Below, piece by piece: positions 1-9,227 of a stretch of DNA of 43,047 nucleotides. The notes beneath the pieces are model-generated. The model did no database searches. It was given only the letters and a program-made list of their open reading frames with translations, and was not told the origin of the DNA. Position 1 is the stretch's first letter. The number at the start of each line of letters is the position of its first letter. Origin of the DNA: Chthoniobacteraceae bacterium (GTDB lineage: Bacteria; Verrucomicrobiota; Verrucomicrobiia; Chthoniobacterales; Chthoniobacteraceae); assembly GCA_040081625.1 (NCBI GenBank), contig JBEBGD010000040.1, forward strand, positions 1 to 43,047. The letters are read 5' to 3'. The translations under genes were made by a program, and so were the position numbers.

Positions 1-2
1 TC

Positions 3-668
3 GATGCGTGGCGGCAGATCGATTTCAACGCGAACCCGCTGATGAGCGGGCTGGACCTGCGGCTCTCGGGCGACGTCGGCAGCGCGGGCCGGTTCGGCTC
101 GGACTTCGACTCGCGCGGCGGTCGCCTCCAGGCGGCGCTGGAGCTGGACACCCCGCTCGACCGGCTGCGCGAGCGCAACGACTACCGCGAGGCGCAGCTC
201 GGCTACCAGCGCGCGCGGCGCGACTACATGCTCTTCGAGGACAACGTCTCGCAGAGCCTCCGCAATACGCTGCGCATCATGGATCTCGCGCAGCTCAACT
301 TCGAGCTGCGGCGCTCGGCGGTGAAGAGCGCGCTGGCGCAGGTGGATCTCGCGCGGCTGCGGCTCGAGGAGCCGCCGCGCCCCGGCCAGGCCGCGCAGAT
401 CGGCGCGACAGCGGCGCGCGATCTCGTGAGCGCCTTGAGCGATCTGCTCAGCGCGCAGAATGAATTCCTCTCGCTCTGGGCCGGCAACGAGGTGCTCCGC
501 ATGGTGCTCGATTACGAGCTGGGGCTCATGCAGATCGACCAGAGCGGCCATTGGGTCGAGCCCGGCCCCTTCACTCACGACCAGGTCTCACGGCGCCTCG
601 CGCAGCGCAGCGCGCCGCCCGAACAACTGGCCACCGCTTCCACCGCAACACGAACCGCCGTCCGATGA
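3..668 (+). CDS. TolC-family outer membrane efflux protein, C-terminal part (5' truncated by window edge)
   Basis: The frame is open from nt 3 (DAWRQIDFNANPLMSG...). It has an OEP-like pattern (LELDTPLDRLRERNDYR; ARDLVSALSDLLSAQN). Its stop overlaps the adaptor start (ATGA at 665-668), and it heads a MacAB-type operon. Confidence 0.8.
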   Translation, partial: DAWRQIDFNANPLMSGLDLRLSGDVGSAGRFGSDFDSRGGRLQAALELDTPLDRLRERNDYREAQLGYQRARRDYMLFEDNVSQSLRNTLRIMDLAQLNFELRRSAVKSALAQVDLARLRLEEPPRPGQAAQIGATAARDLVSALSDLLSAQNEFLSLWAGNEVLRMVLDYELGLMQIDQSGHWVEPGPFTHDQVSRRLAQRSAPPEQLATASTATRTAVR

Positions 669-2122
669 AAATCCAACTTCCCATCTTCTCCCGCCGCCAG
701 TGGCTCATCTCGGGCGCGAGCCTCGTGCTTCTCGTGGTCGCAGTAGTGACGGTGCGCGCGAAACGATCCCCGCAGCGGGCGATGATGAGGATGGATGGCA
801 GCGCGGAGTCGATGATCGCTACGGTGACCTCCGGGCCATTCGTGCAGGAGGTCGTCGAGCGCGGCGAAGTGCAGAGTTCGCACAGCGTGGAGATCCGCTG
901 CGAGGTGGCGGCGCGTGGGAGCGGCGGGGTATCGATCATCGAGATCGTGCCGGAGGGCAGCTACGTGAAGGAGGGCGATTTCCTGGTGAAGCTCGACGAC
1001 TCGGCGCTGCAATTCGAACACAACCAGCAGGAGATCTCCAGCAACACCAGCCGCTCGATGGTGGTCGAGGCGCAGGCCGACTACGACGGAGCGAAGCTCG
1101 CGATGGATGAATACTTGAACGGACCGTTCCGGCAGGATGAGCAGATGCTCGAGAGCGAGGAGTTCGTGCAGCAGGAGGACGTGCGGCGCGCGGAGGAATA
1201 CTTCCGCTACAGCCAGAGGCTCGCGGCGCGCGGCTACACGACCGAGGTGCAACTCGAGGCCGATCGCTTCGGGGTGGAGAAGGCGCGCAAGAGCCTCGCA
1301 GTCGTGCGCACGAAGCTCGAAGTGCTGCGCAATTTCACCAAGGTGAAGACGACCACGCAGCTCAGGGCCTCGGTCGAGACATCGGAGGCGCGCCTCCGCA
1401 CGCGCGAGAACACCTACAACCTCGACACCGAGCGGCTCGCGCGCATCAAGGACTACATCGCCAAGTGCGAGATCAAGGCGCCGTGCGCGGGCCAGGTGAT
1501 CTATGCGAACGACGGCGCGTCGGCGACCAATGGCGACCCGCTCATCGCCGAGGGCAAGACGGTGCGCGAGCGGCAGGTGATGATCCGCCTTCCCGACCCG
1601 CAGCAGATGCGCGTGCTGGCGCGCGTGAACGAGGCGCGCATCGACAACGTGAAGAAGGGGATGTTCGTCCACGTCTCCGTCGATGCCTTTCCCGACGGCC
1701 AGCTCTACGGCGTCGTGCAAAGCGTGGGCGAATATCCGCTGCCGGCACACATCCCGTATAGCACGGTCAAGGAGTATGCGGCCGAGATCACGATCAAGGA
1801 TCCGCCCAAGGCCTTGCGCTCGGGGATGACGGCGAAGGTCGCGATCCAGGTCGCGACCATCGACCAGGCCGTGCAGGTGCCGCTCCAGGCGGTGCTCAAC
1901 CGCGACTCGCGCTACTTCTGCCTCGTGCCCGATGAAGCCGGGCACATGGAAGTGCGGGAGGTCGAGCTCGGGCTCGCGAACGACGCGACCGTCGTGATCA
2001 AGAAAGGTCTCGCGCCCGATGAGCGCGTGCTGCTCGCGCCGCAGAACTACGAAAGCCAGGTCGCGCTGCCGCCGCCCAATGCGAGCGCCGCGCAAGTGGC
2101 CGACGCGGGCCTCGGCGGGTGA
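665..2122 (+). CDS. Efflux periplasmic adaptor subunit (MacA/HlyD-like)
   Basis: N-terminal TM anchor, lipoyl half-motifs (IVPEGSYVKEGDFLVKLD; EIKAPCAGQVIY), long coiled coil, LRSGMTAKV and a membrane-proximal domain. Start moved to ATG 665, which overlaps the upstream stop. Confidence 0.9.
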   Translation: MKIQLPIFSRRQWLISGASLVLLVVAVVTVRAKRSPQRAMMRMDGSAESMIATVTSGPFVQEVVERGEVQSSHSVEIRCEVAARGSGGVSIIEIVPEGSYVKEGDFLVKLDDSALQFEHNQQEISSNTSRSMVVEAQADYDGAKLAMDEYLNGPFRQDEQMLESEEFVQQEDVRRAEEYFRYSQRLAARGYTTEVQLEADRFGVEKARKSLAVVRTKLEVLRNFTKVKTTTQLRASVETSEARLRTRENTYNLDTERLARIKDYIAKCEIKAPCAGQVIYANDGASATNGDPLIAEGKTVRERQVMIRLPDPQQMRVLARVNEARIDNVKKGMFVHVSVDAFPDGQLYGVVQSVGEYPLPAHIPYSTVKEYAAEITIKDPPKALRSGMTAKVAIQVATIDQAVQVPLQAVLNRDSRYFCLVPDEAGHMEVREVELGLANDATVVIKKGLAPDERVLLAPQNYESQVALPPPNASAAQVADAGLGG

Positions 2123-4218
2123 GCGCGATCGCTCCGCAGCCGCAGCAGCTCGAACACATCGCCCTCCGGCTCGGGAATCTCCGCAAGGAGTATCCGCTCG
2201 GCGAGGAATCGGTGCTCGTGCTCAAGGGCATCGACCTCGAAGTGCCCGAGGGCGATTACGTCGCGATCATGGGGCCATCGGGTTCGGGCAAGAGCACGCT
2301 GCTGAACATCCTCGGCTGCCTCGACCGGCCGAGCAGCGGGCAATTCTACCTCGCCGGCGAAGATGTCGCGCAGCTCGACGACGACCAACTCGCCGCGATC
2401 CGCGCCACTCATCTCGGCTTCGTCTTCCAATCCTACAACCTCATCCCGCAGCTCACGGTGCATGAGAACATCGAGGTGCCGCTCTTCTACCAGGGTCACG
2501 TCGCGGCGGAGGATCGCGCGCGCTGCGGCGAACTCGCGGGGCTCGTCGGGCTCGGCGATCGGATCGACCATCGACCGCAGCAGCTCTCCGGTGGTCAGCA
2601 GCAGCGCGCCGGCATCGCGCGCAGTCTCATCAATAATCCGCGCTACATCCTCGCCGACGAACCGACGGGCAATCTCGACTCGGTCACCACGCAGGAAATC
2701 CTCACGTTGCTCGACCGGCTCAATGCGGAGGGCAAGACGATCGTGCTCGTCACGCACGAAGATGAAGTCGCGCAGCATGCGCGGCGCGTGGTCCGGCTGC
2801 GCGATGGGATGATCGTATCCGACGAACGCCGCCGCCCGCCCGCGAGTCCGGCACACGACGAAGCGAACCCGGTCGCGCCGCCGCGCATGAAAATCGAAGG
2901 CACGGCGGTCGCGCTGCAAGTCTGGCGCACTTTGCAAATGGGCGTGAAGAGCCTGCGCCTCCATCCGCTGCGCTCGGCGCTCACGATGCTCGGCATCTTC
3001 ATCGGCGTCGCGAGCGTCATCTGGCTGCTTGCGATCGGCGAGGGGATCAGCGCCAAGGCGCAGGAACAAATCGCAGCGCTCGGCGCCAATAATCTCATCC
3101 TCACCTCGGTGCAGCCGCCGCAGCAGGGCACGGCGCGGCAGCCGCGGCGGTATGGCGTCACGCAACGCGACGCTGAATTGCTCGCCGGGACGCTGCCCGG
3201 GCTCGGCACGGTCGTCGCCACGCGCGAACTCGAGCGGCGCGAGCTGGGCTACGGCAGCAAGCGGCTGACGGGCCGTGTCGTCGGCACCGTGCCCGAATAC
3301 GCCGCGCTAAAGCACCTCGAACTCGAGCGCGGACGTTTCCTCACCGCCGCCGATCTCGACGGTCGTGCGAAGACGTGTGTGCTCACGCCGCAACTCGCCG
3401 CGGAGCTTTTCGGCTATCGCGACCCGGTCGATGACACGATCCACGTCGGTGCCGATTACTTCCGCGTGGTCGGCGTGCTCAAGGCGCCGCCCACCGCCGC
3501 GACGCTGCCCGGCGCGAAGACGCCGGAGGACTTCACCCGCGACGTGTATCTGCCGCTCACGACGATGCAGCAGATGGTCTATGACTACTACGGACGCACC
3601 GAGGGCGGCGTGCCGATCCTCAGCAGCGTCACGCTTTCGCTCATGGACACGCGCCACGTGCTCGACGCCGCGGCCGTCGTGCGCAAGACGCTCGAGCGCA
3701 CGCACGAGCAGGAGGATTACACGCTCACAGTTCCGTTCGAGCTGCTGCGGCAGGCGCGAAATACGCGGCTGCTCTTCATCGCGATGATGGGGATGATCGC
3801 CGCGATCTCGCTGCTCGTCGGCGGCATCGGTATCATGAACATCATGCTCGCGACGGTGACCGAGCGCACCCGCGAGATCGGCATCCGGCGCGCGCTCGGC
3901 GCGCGAAAGCAGGACGTGACGCGGCAGTTCCTCGTCGAGACGATCGTGCTCTCGACCGCGGGCGGACTGGTGGGCGTGCTTGGCGGGCTGACGTGCGCGC
4001 CGGCGTTCAAGGCCGTGCTTTATCTCATCACCAGCGCTTTCCCGCAGGCGGTCGCCGCGATGCCGGATTCGATCCGCGGCATGACGCCGCTCATCGTCCC
4101 ATGGTCGCTCCCGCTGGCTTTCGCGATCTCGGTCGGGATCGGCGTGGTCTTCGGCCTCTACCCCGCGCGCCGCGCCGCGGCGATGAACCCGATCGAAGCG
4201 CTGCGGCACGTGAGCTGA
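2119..4218 (+). CDS. macB: MacB-like ABC transporter (ATPase-permease fusion)
   Basis: Walker A GPSGSGKS, signature LSGGQQQR, Walker B ILADEPTGNLD, MacB/FtsX motifs GGIGIMNIMLATVTERTREIGIRRALGA and PARRAAAMNPIEALR. GTGA overlap with the adaptor gene. Confidence 0.92.
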   Translation: MSAIAPQPQQLEHIALRLGNLRKEYPLGEESVLVLKGIDLEVPEGDYVAIMGPSGSGKSTLLNILGCLDRPSSGQFYLAGEDVAQLDDDQLAAIRATHLGFVFQSYNLIPQLTVHENIEVPLFYQGHVAAEDRARCGELAGLVGLGDRIDHRPQQLSGGQQQRAGIARSLINNPRYILADEPTGNLDSVTTQEILTLLDRLNAEGKTIVLVTHEDEVAQHARRVVRLRDGMIVSDERRRPPASPAHDEANPVAPPRMKIEGTAVALQVWRTLQMGVKSLRLHPLRSALTMLGIFIGVASVIWLLAIGEGISAKAQEQIAALGANNLILTSVQPPQQGTARQPRRYGVTQRDAELLAGTLPGLGTVVATRELERRELGYGSKRLTGRVVGTVPEYAALKHLELERGRFLTAADLDGRAKTCVLTPQLAAELFGYRDPVDDTIHVGADYFRVVGVLKAPPTAATLPGAKTPEDFTRDVYLPLTTMQQMVYDYYGRTEGGVPILSSVTLSLMDTRHVLDAAAVVRKTLERTHEQEDYTLTVPFELLRQARNTRLLFIAMMGMIAAISLLVGGIGIMNIMLATVTERTREIGIRRALGARKQDVTRQFLVETIVLSTAGGLVGVLGGLTCAPAFKAVLYLITSAFPQAVAAMPDSIRGMTPLIVPWSLPLAFAISVGIGVVFGLYPARRAAAMNPIEALRHVS

Positions 4219-4309
4219 GCCGCCTACACTTTTCTCCGCATCTAAGAACTCGCAGCGTGGCGGCGTTTGCTCTTACATCCCGCGCGCTCCCCTTCCTGCG
4301 CCCAGCCCG

Positions 4310-5632
4310 ATGAACGCCCTCAACGATTCTCCCGATACGCCCGAAGCCGATTCGTTCGGCGCGATGATCACGCGCTGGATCAATCGTGCGCGCTACATGA
4401 CGGTGTCGGCGCTGCTGCACATCATCCTCGTCCTGATCCTCGGCGGCACTGTGCTCTACAAGCAAATCAGCGAGCCGCCGGATTTCGCCGCACCGCCGGG
4501 AGGGCTGCTCGGCGACGAGGCGGAGGTCCCGCGGCAGCAGGAGAATGTGGAGATTCAAAAGGCGGACTTTTCGCCGAACTCGCCCTCGACCACGTCGTCG
4601 GCGCCCGCTTCGCAGATCGCGACGATCACGACGAATTCGACGAGTGCGAACAGCTTCACGATGGCGCCGATCACGAATCCGACTCTCGGCGTGAAGCTCG
4701 AGAAGCCGAGTGCCGCGCCGGTCAATGTGCCGTCGGTCGGGGCGAAGGGCCTGAGCAAGGGGCAGGCGTCGCGCATCGCGGGCTTCACTGGCGGCTGGGC
4801 GAAGGGCGGCACGGCGAGCATGAGTCAGCCGCTCAAGAGCCGCGCGTTCGAGTTCACCGCCTACCTCGCGAAGTATGCCGGCGGCGATTGGGATTCGACC
4901 GTGTGGCTCGAGGCGGACAAGAGCGTGCGCGGCGGCAGCCTGCACAATCTGCTCTTCATCATCTCGCGGCTCTCGCACAAAAAGATCCACGCGAACCCGC
5001 AGCCGGTGCCGCTCGACCTGGCGAGCAATGAGATCTTCGAGAAGAAGCCGCCGTTCATCTGGTTCACGGGGCATCGCGATTTTCACCTCACCGACCAGGA
5101 GGTGAAAAACCTTGGCGAGTATCTGCGCTCGGGCGGTTGCATCTGGGGCGACAGCTCGCTGCCCGGCAATCGTTCGCGCTTCGACATCGCCTTCCGCCGC
5201 GAGATGCTGCGGATCCTGCCGGAGCTCAATCAGCAGTGGGCGCCGCTGCCGGCTTCGCATCCGATCTACACGAATACCTACTACCAGGAGATCAAGGGCG
5301 TGGTGCCGGGGATCAATTATTACAAGGAGCCGATCTATGGGCTAAAGGGTTTCGCCGACGAAGTCGCGGTGATCTACACGGCGAACGACTATGGGGACAT
5401 GTGGCAGTTCGGGCTCGATGAGAACGGCGACTTCGATATGTCGCGCGACGAGAAGCGGCGGTTCGTCGCGATCAACGAGCAGATGTGGCACCGGAAGAAT
5501 CTCTACTTTCGCAACGTCGAGCCGAAGGCGCTCATGGATACCTACAAGTTCGGAACCAACATCATCATCCACCTGCTCACGCGCTGGGAAGCGCACGTGC
5601 GCTTCGCCCCCCGTGTGTCGAGCAACCCCTGA
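4310..5632 (+). CDS. Membrane-anchored DUF4159-like domain protein
   Basis: TM segment SALLHIILVLILGG, Ser/Thr/Pro-rich linker, then KYAGGDW...PFIWFTGHRDF...NLGEYLRSGG...LPASHPIY...GTNII, matching DUF4159 as I recognise it. Confidence 0.75.
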   Translation: MNALNDSPDTPEADSFGAMITRWINRARYMTVSALLHIILVLILGGTVLYKQISEPPDFAAPPGGLLGDEAEVPRQQENVEIQKADFSPNSPSTTSSAPASQIATITTNSTSANSFTMAPITNPTLGVKLEKPSAAPVNVPSVGAKGLSKGQASRIAGFTGGWAKGGTASMSQPLKSRAFEFTAYLAKYAGGDWDSTVWLEADKSVRGGSLHNLLFIISRLSHKKIHANPQPVPLDLASNEIFEKKPPFIWFTGHRDFHLTDQEVKNLGEYLRSGGCIWGDSSLPGNRSRFDIAFRREMLRILPELNQQWAPLPASHPIYTNTYYQEIKGVVPGINYYKEPIYGLKGFADEVAVIYTANDYGDMWQFGLDENGDFDMSRDEKRRFVAINEQMWHRKNLYFRNVEPKALMDTYKFGTNIIIHLLTRWEAHVRFAPRVSSNP

Positions 5633-5639
5633 TGCGACC

Positions 5640-7433
5640 ATGATCCAGCGCTTCGTCACTCTGAGTTTGATCGGTCTCGCGACCGCCGTATTCGCCCAGA
5701 CTCCCGCGACCCCCACGCCGGCACCGGGCGGAAACGCCGTGATCAACGGCACGTTTCTAAAGTTCAAGGGGCAGGAGAATCTGTGGGACGGCGTGGACGC
5801 GCAGGGCTTCCTGGCCGGAAATGCCGTCGGTGCTTACGCGGTGACCGAGAGCGGAAGGATCGGCACTCTCGCGATGCCGATGACGGCTCACTTCACCGAC
5901 ATGAACGGGGACAAGCTGCCCGACCTCGTGAGCTGCGATCCTTCGGGCATCCTGCGCGTTCATTTCAACAGCGGGACGCCGACCGCGCCGAAGTTCACGC
6001 ATGCCGAAGTGGTCCCGCTTTTCCCGCCGCAGGTCGCCAAGGACGACAAGTGGGATCGTGGCTGGTGGACGTGGCCGCACAGCATCCCAAAGATCACGCT
6101 CTTCGACTGGCGCAAGCGCGGCACGCTCGACTTGTTTTTCGGCAACTACACGGGCGACGTCGTGATGGTCGATAACACCGGCAGCGCAACCGAGCCCGCC
6201 TTTGCCCAGCCCACGACCTACGCGAAGGCCCGCGTGCCGATCGGCGAGAAGCCGTGGGGCAATCTGCTCGCGCCGTGCGTGTATGACTGGAACAAGGACG
6301 GCAAGCCGGACATGCTCATCGGCGAAGGCTCCTACTCGGCGAACGCCGTGTATGTGCTGCTCAACCAGTCGAACGGCTCGGAGCCGAAGTTCACCGACGA
6401 GCGCCACTACCTCTGCTACGGCGACGGGCGCGAGCAACTCGTGCCGACGGTGGTCGATTACAACGCGGACGGTGAGCCCGACGTGATCGTCGGCGACCGA
6501 CTGGGAACGGTGGGCGTCTATTTGAACCCCGGAAAATGGAAGCCCGGCACCGAGCTGCCGCTCGCGCAACTGATCACCTTCGGCACCGTGCAGAAGCTCG
6601 GCGTCGGCGTCGCGCCGCATGTGTGCGATTTCAACGGCGACGGCCTTTTCGACCTCATGCTCGGCAAGAGCAATGGTCGCGTCGCGATCGCGCTCAACAC
6701 GGGCACGAAAACCGAACCGAAGTTTGGCGCCGCGACCGAGATCAAGGGCGTCAACATGTGGAGCAACGACATGCGGCTGCCGGACAATTGGACCGTCGAT
6801 CCCGGCAACACGCGGGGCAACCTCTACGCATATACGTCGGTGCAGGAGGAGACGACTCCCGGTGGCGGCAAGGTGCTCAAGTCCGGCTATTATCCGACGC
6901 CGAACAAGGTCATCAAGATGGTGCCGCTCGGGGTCGATGGCGCGGACTCGACCGACTTCTTCCGCTACTGGTGGGACCAGTGGTATCCGATCTCATCGGG
7001 CTGGGCTGGCTCGACGCGGACGACCGAGTCCTTCCTCATCCGCCAGAACCTCATCCCGCTCAAAGTCGGCGCGACCTATCAGCTCAGCTTCAAGGTGCGC
7101 GGCACCACGATCAAGGAGGGCGTCGCGACCGTCGCCTACCTCGGTGCGAACGAAAACGTGCCGACGAAATTTGCCGCCAACAGCGGAGGCCGTGGCTCGA
7201 AGGCGCTCAAAGACGAAGCCCACGAGGAAATCCACGAGGTCGAGAAATTCACCAGCAGCGCGCAGTGGAAGACCGTGGAGAAAACCTTCTCGGTGCGCTT
7301 CCGCGACAAGAGCATCAAGGCCTTGGACACGACGACGCTCGCGATCATTGAGTTCAAGTTCGAGCTGCCGCAATACACCGGAGTCTGCGAGATCGCCGAC
7401 GTGCAGGTGATGCAGAAGCCTGCGGTCAAGTGA
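5640..7433 (+). CDS. Secreted FG-GAP/VCBS-repeat beta-propeller protein with a C-terminal beta-sandwich (CBM-like) domain
   Basis: Signal peptide from ATG 5640 (MIQRFVTLSLIGLATAVFA). Ca-binding repeats DMNGDKLPDL, DWNKDGKPDM, DYNADGEPDV and DFNGDGLFDL. The C-terminal LKVGATYQLSFKVRG...WKTVEKTF resembles carbohydrate-binding jelly rolls. Confidence 0.78.
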   Translation: MIQRFVTLSLIGLATAVFAQTPATPTPAPGGNAVINGTFLKFKGQENLWDGVDAQGFLAGNAVGAYAVTESGRIGTLAMPMTAHFTDMNGDKLPDLVSCDPSGILRVHFNSGTPTAPKFTHAEVVPLFPPQVAKDDKWDRGWWTWPHSIPKITLFDWRKRGTLDLFFGNYTGDVVMVDNTGSATEPAFAQPTTYAKARVPIGEKPWGNLLAPCVYDWNKDGKPDMLIGEGSYSANAVYVLLNQSNGSEPKFTDERHYLCYGDGREQLVPTVVDYNADGEPDVIVGDRLGTVGVYLNPGKWKPGTELPLAQLITFGTVQKLGVGVAPHVCDFNGDGLFDLMLGKSNGRVAIALNTGTKTEPKFGAATEIKGVNMWSNDMRLPDNWTVDPGNTRGNLYAYTSVQEETTPGGGKVLKSGYYPTPNKVIKMVPLGVDGADSTDFFRYWWDQWYPISSGWAGSTRTTESFLIRQNLIPLKVGATYQLSFKVRGTTIKEGVATVAYLGANENVPTKFAANSGGRGSKALKDEAHEEIHEVEKFTSSAQWKTVEKTFSVRFRDKSIKALDTTTLAIIEFKFELPQYTGVCEIADVQVMQKPAVK

Positions 7434-7492
7434 CCCCGCTGTAGCCGAGGCTCGCTTTCCGGAAAAGTGGCACGCACAGTCGATGCGCTTCG

Positions 7493-9178
7493 ATGCGCAT
7501 TCCTGTCCGCTGGCCATTCACGCTTTTCCTCGCGCTGCTCACCGTCGTGCTGAGCGTGGCGGGGTATTATTTTTTCCCGCACGGGCGCGCGCCGGGTCCG
7601 ATCGAATGGCTCCAGAGCACGATCGATCTGTTCAAGATGTCGTGGAAATGGGATGGCACGCACGCGGCGCCGTGGCCGCTGGAGCTCGCTCGTTACACGG
7701 GCGCGGCGTTCACACTCTCGGCGTTGACGAAGGTGTGGATGAAGTTTTTCGGCGAGCAGATGCGGCGCTTTCGCCTGGGTTTTTGGCGCGGGCATGTGGT
7801 CGTCTGCGGGCTGGGCCGCAAGGGGCTCGATCTCGCGCGCACTTTTCGCCGCCTGCGGCAACGCGTGGCTGCGACCGATTCACGGCCTGATGAAGATGAC
7901 GCGGAGGCGTGCCAGTTCGAGGGAGTGTTGCTCGAGACTGGCGATGCGACGCGCGATCACACGCTGGCGATGGTGGGCGTTGAGCGGGCGCGGTATGTCT
8001 TCGCGGTGTGTCGCGACGATCATACGAACATCGAAGTGGCGATGCAGACCCTGGTGAGATATCGCGAGTGCGGACGGCGCTCGCGGCTCAACTGCTACGT
8101 GCATCTGGTGAATCTGCCGCTGAGCGTGCTGCTCCAGCGGCACGAGCTTTTGCGCTCGCGGCCCGAGGGGTTCGAGCTGCGCTTTTTCAACATCTTCGAG
8201 AACACGGCGCGCGCGCTTTTCGCGAAGCATCCGCCCGAGGATCCGGCAGGCCTCCAGCGCGTGCACCTCGTGGTGGTGGGTCTCACGCGACTGGGCGAAG
8301 CGGTCATCACGCAGGCGGCTCGCGTGGGGCATTATGCCGACCTGCGCAAGGTGCGCGTGACGATGGTCGATGCGCAGGCGACGGCGCGCGCGGAGAGTTT
8401 TCTCGCCCGGCAGCCGGGAATCGCCGAGACGTGCGAGGTGCGGGTGGTGGAGATGAGTTTCCTGGATGCTCGCTTCGCGCGGCTCGAATTCGTCGAGGCG
8501 GCTGCCGATGAGCGGACGACGGTCATCTTCTGCCTCGATGCGGATGATGAGAACATCGCGCTCGCGCTCGCGGTGGCGGAGCGGGGGAACGGCCCGGGTG
8601 CGCTGCTGGCGCGCGTGAGCGAGCGCAAGGGCCTGGCGAAACTGCTCAACGTTGCGCGCCCCGAGTTGAGCACGCGGGGCATCCATCCCTTTGGCTCGGT
8701 TGAGGATGTGTGCAGTTGGGATCTGCTGCGCGAGGAGAAGCTCGACGTGCTCGCGAAGACGATCGCCGATTTCTACCGCAAGACCTACGGCGGGCCGGCG
8801 TGGGAGGAACTCCCCGAGGATCTCCGCAACTCGAACCGCGCGGCGGCGGATCACATCGACGTCAAGCTGCGCGCGGTCGGCTGCGAGCGGTGCGAGGTGC
8901 TCGCATCCGCGGAGCCGGCGTTCGCTTTCACCGGCCCGGAAGTGGACCTGCTCGCGAAGATGGAGCACGAGCGGTGGTGTGCCGATCGCAGGCTCGCCGG
9001 CTGGACGCCCGGTCCGCGCGACAACGAGCGGCGATTGCATCCGAACCTCGTCGCGTGGGGCGAACTGAGCGCCGACGACCAGGGCAAGGATCGCGCGCAG
9101 GTCGTCGCGCTGCCGGCGGTGCTGGCGGGAGCGGGATTCGGCATTCGGCGCGTCGCCGGGCACACGGCGCGGGGTTGA
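7493..9178 (+). CDS. Membrane protein with TrkA-N/RCK Rossmann domains and C-terminal RyR domain(s)
   Basis: Two hydrophobic helices, HVVVCGLGRKG and HLVVVGLTRLG Rossmann starts, and RyR motifs AWEELPEDLRNSNR and LAKMEHERW...HPNLVAWGELS...KDR. Confidence 0.82.
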   Translation: MRIPVRWPFTLFLALLTVVLSVAGYYFFPHGRAPGPIEWLQSTIDLFKMSWKWDGTHAAPWPLELARYTGAAFTLSALTKVWMKFFGEQMRRFRLGFWRGHVVVCGLGRKGLDLARTFRRLRQRVAATDSRPDEDDAEACQFEGVLLETGDATRDHTLAMVGVERARYVFAVCRDDHTNIEVAMQTLVRYRECGRRSRLNCYVHLVNLPLSVLLQRHELLRSRPEGFELRFFNIFENTARALFAKHPPEDPAGLQRVHLVVVGLTRLGEAVITQAARVGHYADLRKVRVTMVDAQATARAESFLARQPGIAETCEVRVVEMSFLDARFARLEFVEAAADERTTVIFCLDADDENIALALAVAERGNGPGALLARVSERKGLAKLLNVARPELSTRGIHPFGSVEDVCSWDLLREEKLDVLAKTIADFYRKTYGGPAWEELPEDLRNSNRAAADHIDVKLRAVGCERCEVLASAEPAFAFTGPEVDLLAKMEHERWCADRRLAGWTPGPRDNERRLHPNLVAWGELSADDQGKDRAQVVALPAVLAGAGFGIRRVAGHTARG

Positions 9179-9227
9179 TGCCGCCTTCGCGCTCGACACG
9201 CGCGCGCCGCGCACGAAAACTTTCCCC

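Noticed and set aside
3..4218. TolC-MacA-MacB operon as a novel system
   Set aside because: It has the canonical tripartite efflux architecture with all motifs intact.
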